DNA of 64,000 bases, from the IMG/VR virus record IMGVR_UViG_3300015050_000882, positions 5,006 through 69,005 of that record; one strand, 5' to 3'. The position numbers and the translations under genes are program-made. Within the stretch, counting starts at the first letter, position 1, and each line of letters opens with the position of its first letter. The notes under the pieces are model-generated. The model ran no database searches. It worked only from the letters and a program-made list of their open reading frames with translations, and had not been told where the DNA came from. Below are positions 53,592 through 62,155 of the stretch, one piece after another. Origin of the DNA: a virus (Duplodnaviria > Caudoviricetes).

Positions 53592-55637
53592 TCACGCAGC
53601 TTCTCCCCAGGAGGGTCCCACCTCAACGTCCACCCGCATGGGGACGCGCATGGGGATGATGTTGATCATGATCTGCGCAGCCTCCTCAGCGTACTCCCGG
53701 GAGGGAGTGCTGAAGTCAACCTCATCGTGGACCTGGAGCTGCAGGGCGATGCCCTGGCGGTCCATCTCAACAATCGCGGCTTTGGTCTGGTCGGCTGAGC
53801 TGCCCTGGATCAGGCGGTTGAACGCCTTGTGGCACCAGTCATAGCTCCCATCCTCCTTCAGGGGGAAGCGGCAGCGCCTCCCGCCGATGGTGAGGATGAA
53901 GCCTTTTTGGGCAGCCTTCTGCTCACAGGCCTTGGCCATCTTGGCGATGAACGGCACCTCACGGTCAAACTTGTCCATCAGGGCCTGGCCCTCAGAGCCA
54001 GCGGCCTCCCAGACACGTATCTTGAACCCGGCCTGGCGGCCTGCCTCAGCCTTGACCTCCACCTCCTCCCGGGTCGCATAGTCGGCTGTGCGGCGGTCCC
54101 GGCCCTCTCCCCAGGACAGTCTCCAGCAGGTCGGCATGCCCAGGTCGCGGCAGAGCTTGGCCCCGCCCATCCCATAGCTCAGGCCCAGGTAGATGTTCTT
54201 GCAGTACTTGCGGAGCTGCTTGAAGGCGTCCTTGCCCAGGCGCTCCAGGACGTCATCCCCGTGGACCATCCGCGTCATCATGTCGTGGAAGTCGGTGGTG
54301 GGGTCCTCATTGTACCGGCGGGCAGCGTCCAAGGCAGCCCGGTATGCCGCCTCACCGATCAATCGCGGCCCAGCCTCACAGGCGAAGTGGACAGCGTGGC
54401 GCGGCTCCTGCTGGCTGTAGTCCAGGCTGGCCCAGAGCATCCCATCATCGGGCATGTAGATGGATCGCCACATGGGGCCAATCTCTGGGTCCCGGGCTGG
54501 CTGGTTCTGGAGGTTGGGGTCAGCTGAGCTCAACCGGCCATAGGCGGCTCCCTCAGTCTCCCCGCTCCCGTCATCCTTCTGGCGGCGCAGCTGGTTGAAG
54601 GTGCAGTGGATGCGGCCCCGGATCAGGTGGTGCCGGGTCCCGTCAACAAAGGTGGACCGCAGCGTTGCCATCTTCTTGGCGCGGCGCAGGTGCTCCCCCA
54701 CTGGGTGGTCGATGCTGTCCATCACCGCCGCCGTGACGCTGTCCTTGCCCTTGGCGGTCTTGGGCAGGGTCACCCCCAGGTCGGTCAGCACCTCAGCCAG
54801 CAGGGCGGTCTTGGTGATGTCGGTCACCTCCAGCCGCCGGGTGATCAGCGCGTTGACCTTGTCGATGGCCAGCTGCTGTTCCGCCCGCGCCCATGCGTCC
54901 ACCTGGGCCAGCCGGTCCTCTGAGACGGCCACGCCCCGGCGGCGCATCCGCACCAGCACGGGCAGCACCTTGCTCTCCAGGTTGTACACGTCCCACAGGC
55001 CCTGCTCATCAATGGTCCGCTCCTGGCGGCGCAGCAGGGTAAGGGGCAGGCGGGCATCGTGCTCTGCATAGGCCCCCACGTGTCGTGCCGGGAGTGCCCA
55101 GATGCCGCCCTTGCGGTTGTTCCCGTGGTATCCGTAGCTGGCCAGGGCCTCGGTGAGCAGGCGCTCATCCTTCCCCGGGATGCCCGCCCGCTGGGCAATC
55201 GCCTCCAGGCTGTAGCTCATGTGCAGCTCGTTGATCAGCGGGTCGGCCACCTGCACGTCCCTGAACCACTGGGCCTCCTTGAACTCAATCCCCTCCTCAG
55301 CAAGGAAGTCCAGGTCATAGCCCAGGTTGGCTCCGCACACCTGGCCGGTGAAGCCCTTGGCCATGTCGGCCAAGTACCGCTGGACCTGGACAGGGTCCAT
55401 GTTCCCCCCGCCGCCGTGGCGCATGGGGAGGTAGAATGATGGGCCGTCCTCAATGGCAAAGGACACCCCGGCGATGTAGGCACCACGGCGCACGCCCGGT
55501 CCCATCGTGGTCAGCAGCTCATCCCGCGTCTCAGTGTCAATGCCGACGCGCCCGGTGCCCCAGGAGGTCGGGAGGTCTGACATTGAGGGAGGGGTCCAGC
55601 TGCTGTCCGGCTCAAACAGTGGGAGCTGGGCGGCCAA
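53592..55637 (-). CDS. polA: Family A DNA polymerase with 3'-5' exonuclease
   Basis: IDTET, DYSQQEPR, KNIYLGLSYGMG, QVHDE; TTG start after GGAG. Confidence 0.95.
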   Translation of the reverse strand: MAAQLPLFEPDSSWTPPSMSDLPTSWGTGRVGIDTETRDELLTTMGPGVRRGAYIAGVSFAIEDGPSFYLPMRHGGGGNMDPVQVQRYLADMAKGFTGQVCGANLGYDLDFLAEEGIEFKEAQWFRDVQVADPLINELHMSYSLEAIAQRAGIPGKDERLLTEALASYGYHGNNRKGGIWALPARHVGAYAEHDARLPLTLLRRQERTIDEQGLWDVYNLESKVLPVLVRMRRRGVAVSEDRLAQVDAWARAEQQLAIDKVNALITRRLEVTDITKTALLAEVLTDLGVTLPKTAKGKDSVTAAVMDSIDHPVGEHLRRAKKMATLRSTFVDGTRHHLIRGRIHCTFNQLRRQKDDGSGETEGAAYGRLSSADPNLQNQPARDPEIGPMWRSIYMPDDGMLWASLDYSQQEPRHAVHFACEAGPRLIGEAAYRAALDAARRYNEDPTTDFHDMMTRMVHGDDVLERLGKDAFKQLRKYCKNIYLGLSYGMGGAKLCRDLGMPTCWRLSWGEGRDRRTADYATREEVEVKAEAGRQAGFKIRVWEAAGSEGQALMDKFDREVPFIAKMAKACEQKAAQKGFILTIGGRRCRFPLKEDGSYDWCHKAFNRLIQGSSADQTKAAIVEMDRQGIALQLQVHDEVDFSTPSREYAEEAAQIMINIIPMRVPMRVDVEVGPSWGEAA

Positions 55638-55914
55638 CCTTCTTCTCCAATTCAATGACGGTGTTGGTGCGGGCAGCGCCCACCTTCTCAACCGCGTGCC
55701 TCACAGTGGTCCGGTCGCGCCCAAAGACACGCCCAAGCTCAGCCCAGGACACCCAGGGATACAGGAAGTGGGTGAGGTAGATCGCCAGCATGCGGGCATC
55801 GGCCTCTGGCTTCAGCCCGCGCTGCTCAGACAGGATGGCCGACTCAGGCACCCCGGTCGCGTCCCAGACCACCTTGAGGATGTTGGTGATGTTGATGACA
55901 CGCACCCTGGTCAT
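55612..55914 (-). CDS. Standalone DnaA domain IV-like HTH protein
   Basis: ARMLAIYL...SWAELGRVFGRDRTTVRHA versus DnaA IG..FGGRDHTTV.HA. Confidence 0.8.
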   Translation of the reverse strand: MTRVRVINITNILKVVWDATGVPESAILSEQRGLKPEADARMLAIYLTHFLYPWVSWAELGRVFGRDRTTVRHAVEKVGAARTNTVIELEKKVGRPAPTV

Positions 55915-56321
55915 GGTGCCAGCTCCCCCTTCAGGCGGCGCTCCTCCCGCACGATCATCTCCAGCAGCAGGTCACGGGCATCCAGGAGGTCCTGGTCAAA
56001 CTCCCAGCAGTCCAGTCGGCTGGTCAGCTCAACCTCGTTGGTGTCCATCTTGGATGATTCAATGTAGCGGCCCAGCAGGGCATCGCTGCGGAGAGGTCGG
56101 GTGCGGGCGCAAGGGGTGCGCTCAGGCTTCTCCTTCAGCTGGAGGTGGAGCTTGTCGATGTAGCTCAGGGCCTTCTTGAGGTCCTGGATGCCGCCCTTCA
56201 CCCGCCAGCGCGGGAGGTACTTGGTGGCCGTGGCCTCCAGGTATCCCAGCCCCGTGTCCGGCACCCAGTCCCAGTGCTGGTACTCCGCCTTGTAGTGGTC
56301 CCCACCAACTTGTTCAACCAT
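55911..56321 (-). CDS. DUF3310-like protein
   Basis: QVGGDHY, KYLPRW, GGIQDLKKA. Confidence 0.8.
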   Translation of the reverse strand: MVEQVGGDHYKAEYQHWDWVPDTGLGYLEATATKYLPRWRVKGGIQDLKKALSYIDKLHLQLKEKPERTPCARTRPLRSDALLGRYIESSKMDTNEVELTSRLDCWEFDQDLLDARDLLLEMIVREERRLKGELAP

Positions 56322-56535
56322 TGTTCCGATCCTCCTGCTGGGCCTTGAGCTGAGACAGCTCCATCAAGGCCCGGTTGTACTCCGCTGTGGCTCCCTGGAT
56401 TTGCACGGTCAGCCGCCCCACCCGCTCCTCCAGGGCCAGGATGCGGGCTGCGTCCAGGTCATTCTGCTTGACCGCCGCCGTGAGCTTCTCAGCGTTGGTC
56501 GGCTGGCTCCTCTTGTCCGTCATGCCGTCACTCAT
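56314..56535 (-). CDS. Coiled-coil hypothetical protein
   Basis: Coupled ORF. Confidence 0.65.
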   Translation of the reverse strand: MSDGMTDKRSQPTNAEKLTAAVKQNDLDAARILALEERVGRLTVQIQGATAEYNRALMELSQLKAQQEDRNNG

Positions 56536-57044
56536 TTTGCACCGTCCTTGTTGTTTGGATCCATGAACAGGTCCACCACCTCCAACAGGGTGGGCTTCCC
56601 CGGCCTTTCATAGAGGTTGTTGGCCACCCGTATCCAATAGCGCAAATCTTCACAATTGGTAGGGTGCTCCACCGTCTGCTTTCTCAAGGCAGGCTTGTCC
56701 TTGGTGAGGTACATGTGGAGCAGTCGCCCGTAGAGCTTCTGCTGAAGTTTGGACACCTTGAGGTCTGGAAACCTTGCCCGGAGTGCCTCCACAAAGCCTG
56801 GGACCTTGCGCACGCACTCCTCCCAGAGGCGCTGAGCCGTGATGTTGTTCTGGCCCAGGGTCAGGGAGGAGAGGCGGATTTCATCCGACACTTTCCGGGC
56901 ATACAACCAGATGACCAGTTTTGCGTACCTCAGGCGCGGGTCCAGCTCCCAGCCTGTCCGGTTCCCGGACCAGCCAGGCTTTGGAATGTCCCGCCCAGGA
57001 GGCGGATTGTATGGAACGTCACCATGTTGGCTCATGTCAACCAC
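56532..57044 (-). CDS. Lower-GC basic hypothetical protein
   Basis: About 53-63% GC in four sampled lines, atypical codons. Confidence 0.6.
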   Translation of the reverse strand: MVDMSQHGDVPYNPPPGRDIPKPGWSGNRTGWELDPRLRYAKLVIWLYARKVSDEIRLSSLTLGQNNITAQRLWEECVRKVPGFVEALRARFPDLKVSKLQQKLYGRLLHMYLTKDKPALRKQTVEHPTNCEDLRYWIRVANNLYERPGKPTLLEVVDLFMDPNNKDGAK

Positions 57045-57568
57045 CCCTCAAACCGCGCCCAGCCGTCCAGGCGCACCTCCTTGATAAGCTCCCGGACCAC
57101 CGCCGGCAACTCCCCCATCTCTGCGCGGGCATCCCAGCTCTTGTCCATCTCCCGGCGCATGCCTGAGACAGACTTGTTGCCCATCTCCTCCTGCTCCAGG
57201 CACCACAGCCACAGCTCCAGGCTGTCGGCGCAGCGGAGCTTCACCCAGTCCGCATCGGACAGGGAGTGCTCATCAGGTATCTGGAGGGCCAGGAACACGT
57301 CCCGCTCCTCCTTCTCCAGTCCATCGGCCAGCCCCGGGAGGCGCTTGATGGTCGGTGAGGGAATGTCCCCGGTGTGGCGCTCCGGCACGTCATGGAACAT
57401 GGCGAAGTCCACCAGGTGCCGGTCCTCAGGCCAGAGGAGCCGGATCAGGACGCACACGCCCCAGGAGTGGCCCCCGTTGGTGTAGCTCTGCCCCACCTTG
57501 GGCCACATGTGGCACCGCTCCACCATCCCGGATTCACGGATGTACTTGATGCGATCAGACAGTTTCAC
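57032..57568 (-). CDS. HD-domain nucleotidase (YfbR-like)
   Basis: VERCH, HSW, FHDVPERHTGDIP, ADSLE. Confidence 0.85.
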   Translation of the reverse strand: MKLSDRIKYIRESGMVERCHMWPKVGQSYTNGGHSWGVCVLIRLLWPEDRHLVDFAMFHDVPERHTGDIPSPTIKRLPGLADGLEKEERDVFLALQIPDEHSLSDADWVKLRCADSLELWLWCLEQEEMGNKSVSGMRREMDKSWDARAEMGELPAVVRELIKEVRLDGWARFEGWLT

Positions 57569-58607
57569 CGGCAGCCTCCTTGGCCTTTGCGGCCGCAGCA
57601 TCGCGGTTGGCCAGCCAGAGCAGCGCCCCGGCCCTCCAGTCGCTGTCCTTGGGCATCTGGTCCAGGACTTCCCGGGCGGCAGCGGAGCCGTTGGCCTTGA
57701 AGGCGCGGTGTGCCATGACCATCGGGCAGGCCACCCTGCGGAGGAAGCTGTTGCGGATGCCGATGCGGGCGGGGTCCTCCATGAACATCGCCAGGTCCTG
57801 GTCAAACTCCTGGGTGTTGAAGCCGTCATGGAACATCGGGGTGGGCTTGACGGTCCCGGCCTGGTAGGGGTCAGGCGCAAACTGCTCCTGGGTCTCATCC
57901 ACGCCCCAGGGCCACTCCTCCCCGGCCTTGCCCATCGTGGCCAGGTATCCGTGGAAGTTGTTGCTGATCTGGAAGTACTGCCCAACAGGCACCCCGATTG
58001 CGGCGGCCAGGTACTCCTGCAGCACGCTGAAGTGGACCGCGTTGGCCCCATAGGCCCCCCAGACCATGTCGTTGGACCGGCAGAACACCGTGATGTCCAG
58101 CGCCCCCTCGGGGTTGACCGCCGGGAGGACCATCAGGTTGCAGGGGATGTCCCGGCCCCCGTTGTCCGCCGCGTCCTGGTCGGTGTTGGCGTCATACATC
58201 TGGATGGTCACCCGCCGGTCCAGCTTGTCAGCCTTCAGGCGCTTGATGGCCCAGGCCAGCTGGTCACGCCCGAAGTGCTGCCGCCAGCGGTGGCCATAGG
58301 CCCCGGGCTGGGTCTTGCCGCCGTCATCGCTGTAGTTGGCCATGCGCGGGACAAAGGGGAGGAGCGGTGCCAGGTCGTTGCGGCCCGCCAGCATCCAGAG
58401 GCTCTCAAACAGGTGGAAGAAGGGGTTGGCATCCCGCCCCGGGTGGAGCAGCACCCGCTCGCTGGGTGCCTCATACACCGTGGTGACAGGGTATGCCGCC
58501 CGGAGCACAGGCCCGTTGCGGCTGTCCTGCTCAACGCCCTCGTGCCGGAGCAGCTGAGCCCCGGCCCAGAGGGCGTGGTTGACGTTGCGTGCGCCGATGG
58601 TGATCAT
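57555..58607 (-). CDS. dUMP hydroxymethylase (thymidylate synthase fold)
   Basis: IPCN, CRSNDMVWGAYGANAVHF (Asn, dUMP-specific), SNNFHGY; cluster context. Confidence 0.85.
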   Translation of the reverse strand: MITIGARNVNHALWAGAQLLRHEGVEQDSRNGPVLRAAYPVTTVYEAPSERVLLHPGRDANPFFHLFESLWMLAGRNDLAPLLPFVPRMANYSDDGGKTQPGAYGHRWRQHFGRDQLAWAIKRLKADKLDRRVTIQMYDANTDQDAADNGGRDIPCNLMVLPAVNPEGALDITVFCRSNDMVWGAYGANAVHFSVLQEYLAAAIGVPVGQYFQISNNFHGYLATMGKAGEEWPWGVDETQEQFAPDPYQAGTVKPTPMFHDGFNTQEFDQDLAMFMEDPARIGIRNSFLRRVACPMVMAHRAFKANGSAAAREVLDQMPKDSDWRAGALLWLANRDAAAAKAKEAAGETV

Positions 58608-58768
58608 GCGAAGGCTCCCTGAAAGACACTGCCCAGGAGGTAGGCGCGCTGGCCCCGCCGCCACTGGATGGATGTACAGGCGTCCCGCGCCCGGGCGGCT
58701 TCCCCAGCCTCTTGAAGGAGGCGCATGCGCTCCATCTGAAGCTCAGGGGTGGCTGGTTGTTCACTCAT
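58604..58768 (-). CDS. Small hypothetical protein
   Basis: AGGAG RBS; coupled. Confidence 0.5.
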   Translation of the reverse strand: MSEQPATPELQMERMRLLQEAGEAARARDACTSIQWRRGQRAYLLGSVFQGAFA

Positions 58769-58778
58769 GTCAGTCTCC

Positions 58779-59789
58779 TCAGAAGGTCTGGCGGCCAGGG
58801 ACATACAGGGAGCGTGGCCTGCCCTCCCCCGTCCTGGCCCGAAGCCACTTGTCAGTCTCACACAGGCAATTCTGGATGTCAGAGAGGTCAATGGGCGGGA
58901 CCCAGGGTGCCCGCTTCTCCCCCTGCTCATCGAACAGCGCCCGCATCTCCTCCAGCCCCTGCGCCTGGGACAGGCTGAAGTCCACGTCCCGGCCATGGAG
59001 CCGGTTCAGCCCCCGGCGGGACCCAGGCCCCAGGGCAGCCCACGTGTTGATGTCGGTGGCGTTGCGCAGGAGCCGCGTGTGGCGCATGTCCACCACCACC
59101 TGGTACGCCATGAAGGGTCCCCAGCCGATGTACCGCTTGTCCTGGAACCAGCCCCAGACCTGCTCCAGGGTGTGGCCCGTGTTGTCATTCATCGCCCTCC
59201 AGCCGCCCCGGTCCTCCCAGAGCCGCCCCAGGACAATCCGGGCGATGTACTGCTGCTTGGTCCAGCTGTACCACTCCGCCTTGGGGTTGCTCTCCGCCCG
59301 GATCATGTAGGAGCCAGTGTACACCTTCTTGCCCAGGGCAGACCAGACATCCAGCGCGTCCCCCATCCACGCAGGCTCAAAGCCGACGCGGGAGGGCCAG
59401 CTGGGCAGGTCGTTGTTCTTCTGCCCCGGGAACACCTTGGTGTTGATCAGCCAGGCCAGGGTCTCAGGCCAGTTGATGTACCGGGCGGTGGCCAGCATGA
59501 ACCAGAGGTCAGGGTGGTCCTTGAACGGCTCCCGGATGTGCCGGTCAATCCACATCGTCACCCGGTCCAGCTCCCGGAACACGTTGCAGAAGCTGAACTG
59601 CGCCAGAACGGGGTCGCTGGTCAGCGGGCCTGTCTCCCGCATGGCGTAGTGGTCAGGGTCAGCCTCCTCCAGGTCAGCGCCCAGGGGAGCGTGCACGTCA
59701 CCCGCGTCCACGCCCCGGCGCAGCTCCTTGCGGATGTAGATGGCGTGGCGCTCGTTGACCCACTGCCAGAAGGGAGCTGAGTCAATCAC
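58779..59789 (-). CDS. aGPT-Pplase1 / 5-hmdU DNA kinase helical-domain family
   Basis: VNERHAIY, FCNVFRELDRVT, GWGPFMAYQVVVD, GPGSRRGLNRL, QNCLCETDKW. Confidence 0.85.
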   Translation of the reverse strand: MIDSAPFWQWVNERHAIYIRKELRRGVDAGDVHAPLGADLEEADPDHYAMRETGPLTSDPVLAQFSFCNVFRELDRVTMWIDRHIREPFKDHPDLWFMLATARYINWPETLAWLINTKVFPGQKNNDLPSWPSRVGFEPAWMGDALDVWSALGKKVYTGSYMIRAESNPKAEWYSWTKQQYIARIVLGRLWEDRGGWRAMNDNTGHTLEQVWGWFQDKRYIGWGPFMAYQVVVDMRHTRLLRNATDINTWAALGPGSRRGLNRLHGRDVDFSLSQAQGLEEMRALFDEQGEKRAPWVPPIDLSDIQNCLCETDKWLRARTGEGRPRSLYVPGRQTF

Positions 59790-60093
59790 AGAAAGCCTCC
59801 CCCACCAAGGAGCGTTCAAACACCTGGAGCAGCACCCGCCGGTCGGCAGGCTCCCCAGGGTATCCCGACACCGCCGCCGCCACACCCATCAGGGCAATCT
59901 CAGCCGCCACCAGCTGGGGGTCAGCCTGGATGGACCGGGCCAGCTCCTGGAGCTCACGGCTGTCGTGGAGCTTGCGGCAGGCCATGATGTACTCATTGCC
60001 GAACCTGACAATCATCTCCTTGGGGATGGCAGCATCCAGCCTCACAGCCCTGAAGCCGTCTGGTGGCTCCGGTGCGTGCGGATCATCAGACAT
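59782..60093 (-). CDS. Hypothetical protein
   Basis: Coupled ORF. Confidence 0.6.
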   Translation of the reverse strand: MSDDPHAPEPPDGFRAVRLDAAIPKEMIVRFGNEYIMACRKLHDSRELQELARSIQADPQLVAAEIALMGVAAAVSGYPGEPADRRVLLQVFERSLVGEAFCD

Positions 60094-60685
60094 GTCCCAT
60101 CTCCTCCAGGGTGTTCATCAGGTCCTGCTGGGCCCGGTCGTGGCGCAGCAGGACTGTTGCGATGCCCGCCGCCTCAAACTTGGCCCTGGTCGCCAGGATG
60201 GCCTTGATCTTGTCCTTGACCAGGTCCACCTTGATGTCCCGGACCTTCCCGGCCTTCTCCTGGCGGCCCTTGATCCGCTCCAGGCACAGCTCCAGCGGCG
60301 TGTCCAGGTAGGCCACCAGAACTTCCCCCCGGTTGAACCCGCTGAAGAAGTTGAGCCAGCTCCCCGCGACGGTGGAGGCCAGCACGCCCTCGCACACGAC
60401 ATGCTTGGGTGGGCTGGGCAGATCGGTCGCGGCCCGCAGGACAGCCTTCTGCTGGAGCTCAAAGCTGGGGATGGTGTCCATGCCCCCGCATCCCTGGCGA
60501 TAGCTCCCCACGGCCAGGAAGTGTCCAGGGAAGCCCCAGCCCTCAACAGAGGAGCGGCGCTTGGGGTCCTTCTTGGTCGGGTCGTCATACCAGACCAGGT
60601 CAACCGGCGCAGCATTCGGGTGGAGGAGCGTGCGGGCCAGCGTGGTCTTGCCGCTGCCGTTGGTTCCCCTGATGTTGATGATCAC
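60086..60685 (-). CDS. P-loop nucleotide kinase of hypermodification clusters
   Basis: IRGTNGSGKT, GGMDTI, VVCEG, LDTPLELCLERI. Confidence 0.85.
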   Translation of the reverse strand: MIINIRGTNGSGKTTLARTLLHPNAAPVDLVWYDDPTKKDPKRRSSVEGWGFPGHFLAVGSYRQGCGGMDTIPSFELQQKAVLRAATDLPSPPKHVVCEGVLASTVAGSWLNFFSGFNRGEVLVAYLDTPLELCLERIKGRQEKAGKVRDIKVDLVKDKIKAILATRAKFEAAGIATVLLRHDRAQQDLMNTLEEMGHV

Positions 60686-60719
60686 TTGTCATTCTCCATT
60701 TCTGACAGTCAGCCCCCGG

Positions 60720-60749
60720 AGCCTATCCCCGGGGTGCAGGGTCGGTCAA
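60720..60749 (-). promoter_or_regulatory. Promoter with inverted CTATCCCCGG variant box
   Basis: TTGACC-N18-TAGGCT; box 60723-60732. Confidence 0.6.
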
Positions 60750-61607
60750 GCCGGGCACCTTTGGGTACACAGCCAGGAAGTCATGCGCACCCCAGGCCTC
60801 CAGCTCCGCCCGGTGGCTCTGGGTGTCACACCCGATCCAGTAGTGGCCCCGGCGGGCAGACTTCCACTTGCACAGGACAGTCTCCACCTCCTGGACGTTG
60901 ACGTGGCGGCCCCCCACCGGCGGTGCCAGGATGGCCTGGTATGCCTCCAGCATCACGTCAGTGACCTCCTGGGGGGAGCTGAGGCCCATCAGGGGTGCCG
61001 CCATCTCCGCCCCCTCCTTGGGGTCCTTGTACATGGTCGTCAGGAGAGGGGGGAAGGCCACCGGCACGTCCAGCACCCGCTCCAGCATGTCCGCCGCCTT
61101 GAACGCAATCCAGGGGCCAAACTGGGGCCACTGGGTCACCGCCGCCTCAACGTCCTTGAGGGTGCACAGGTGCTCCAGGCTGTTGATGGCCACCTCTGGT
61201 CGGCTGAAGCGGTGGGCCAGCCAGTGGACACTCTGCACGCACTTGTCCCCGCGCCAGTGGCGGCGCTCGTGCGCCCTGGGCCAGCGCTGGTCCGGTCTGG
61301 GGGAGGTCGGTTGGATCATCCCAGACACACCGGCCCCCAGAGGTGGTGGCACCGTGACGTTTGCCGCCGCCTCCCGTAGTCTGACCCAAAACTCCACGCC
61401 CTGGTGCTGGGAGAGCCACCAGGAGGCACCGACGCTGTAGCAGCACCAGTATGCCAGGAGGAAGCGGCGCACCCGGTCGGTGTCCATGGTCCCGGTGTAG
61501 CGGGCATTGACCAGCCCACTGTACAGCGGGTCATGGTCATGCGTCATGATGAGCTGGCGGCCCCAGGCAACCGGGTCGCCAAGGAGGTCCTCACCCGGGC
61601 GGCTCAT
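60723..61607 (-). CDS. Amino acid:DNA transferase (aGPT-Pplase2 family)
   Basis: DHDPLY, LAYWCCY, ERRHWRG, FGPWIAFKAADMLER, VETVLCKWK, HYWIG. Confidence 0.85.
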   Translation of the reverse strand: MSRPGEDLLGDPVAWGRQLIMTHDHDPLYSGLVNARYTGTMDTDRVRRFLLAYWCCYSVGASWWLSQHQGVEFWVRLREAAANVTVPPPLGAGVSGMIQPTSPRPDQRWPRAHERRHWRGDKCVQSVHWLAHRFSRPEVAINSLEHLCTLKDVEAAVTQWPQFGPWIAFKAADMLERVLDVPVAFPPLLTTMYKDPKEGAEMAAPLMGLSSPQEVTDVMLEAYQAILAPPVGGRHVNVQEVETVLCKWKSARRGHYWIGCDTQSHRAELEAWGAHDFLAVYPKVPGLTDPAPRG

Positions 61608-61792
61608 TCCTCATCCCCCTGGCAGTTGGGGCAGGTGTGGACCCACTCCCCACCCTCCTTGCTGATCTTCCAACCCTCCCGCTTCAGCTGGACGGGGACC
61701 TGGGCAAAGTCTCCCCGGGCCTCCACGGTCGTGTAGTTGGAGCAGCTGTTGCAGTTGACCTGGAAGTCACTGCCATCTTTCTCAACGGTCAT
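61604..61792 (-). CDS. Zn-ribbon protein
   Basis: CNSC and CPNC. Confidence 0.75.
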   Translation of the reverse strand: MTVEKDGSDFQVNCNSCSNYTTVEARGDFAQVPVQLKREGWKISKEGGEWVHTCPNCQGDEE

Positions 61793-61795
61793 CTT

Positions 61796-62155
61796 TCAGT
61801 CCTCTTGTGATGCGGCCCAGGCCAGGAAGTCCCTGAGCTGGGGGTTGTCGCCCAGGAGCGTCATGGTCCAGGAGGCCACGTGCGACACGATGTGCTCCTC
61901 AGTGTAGGCATCCCGCCTCCCCCCGGCGGTCTGGTGGATCGCCCCCACCTCAAACGTGGCGTGGAGGCACTCGTGAAAGAGGGTCTCAGCGGCCTGCCTT
62001 GGGCCGTGTGAGGTGTCCACCCGGATCGCTGCGGCCTGATAGTCGCACTGGCCATAGTGCTTCTCAGCCATGGCCACCGCCGGGTCCCAGTCGATGACCC
62101 TGAACATCTTCCAACCAACCTTCACGCGGGTCGGGAACGGTGGGCGCTCACTCAT
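61796..62155 (-). CDS. Small HExxH metallopeptidase-like protein
   Basis: ETLFHECLHA, later E. Confidence 0.7.
   Translation of the reverse strand: MSERPPFPTRVKVGWKMFRVIDWDPAVAMAEKHYGQCDYQAAAIRVDTSHGPRQAAETLFHECLHATFEVGAIHQTAGGRRDAYTEEHIVSHVASWTMTLLGDNPQLRDFLAWAASQED

Noticed and set aside
57555-58607. Ordinary thymidylate synthase or dCMP hydroxymethylase
   Set aside because: Asn in the specificity position argues against dCMP; kinase and transferase neighbours favour hydroxymethylase, though not proven.
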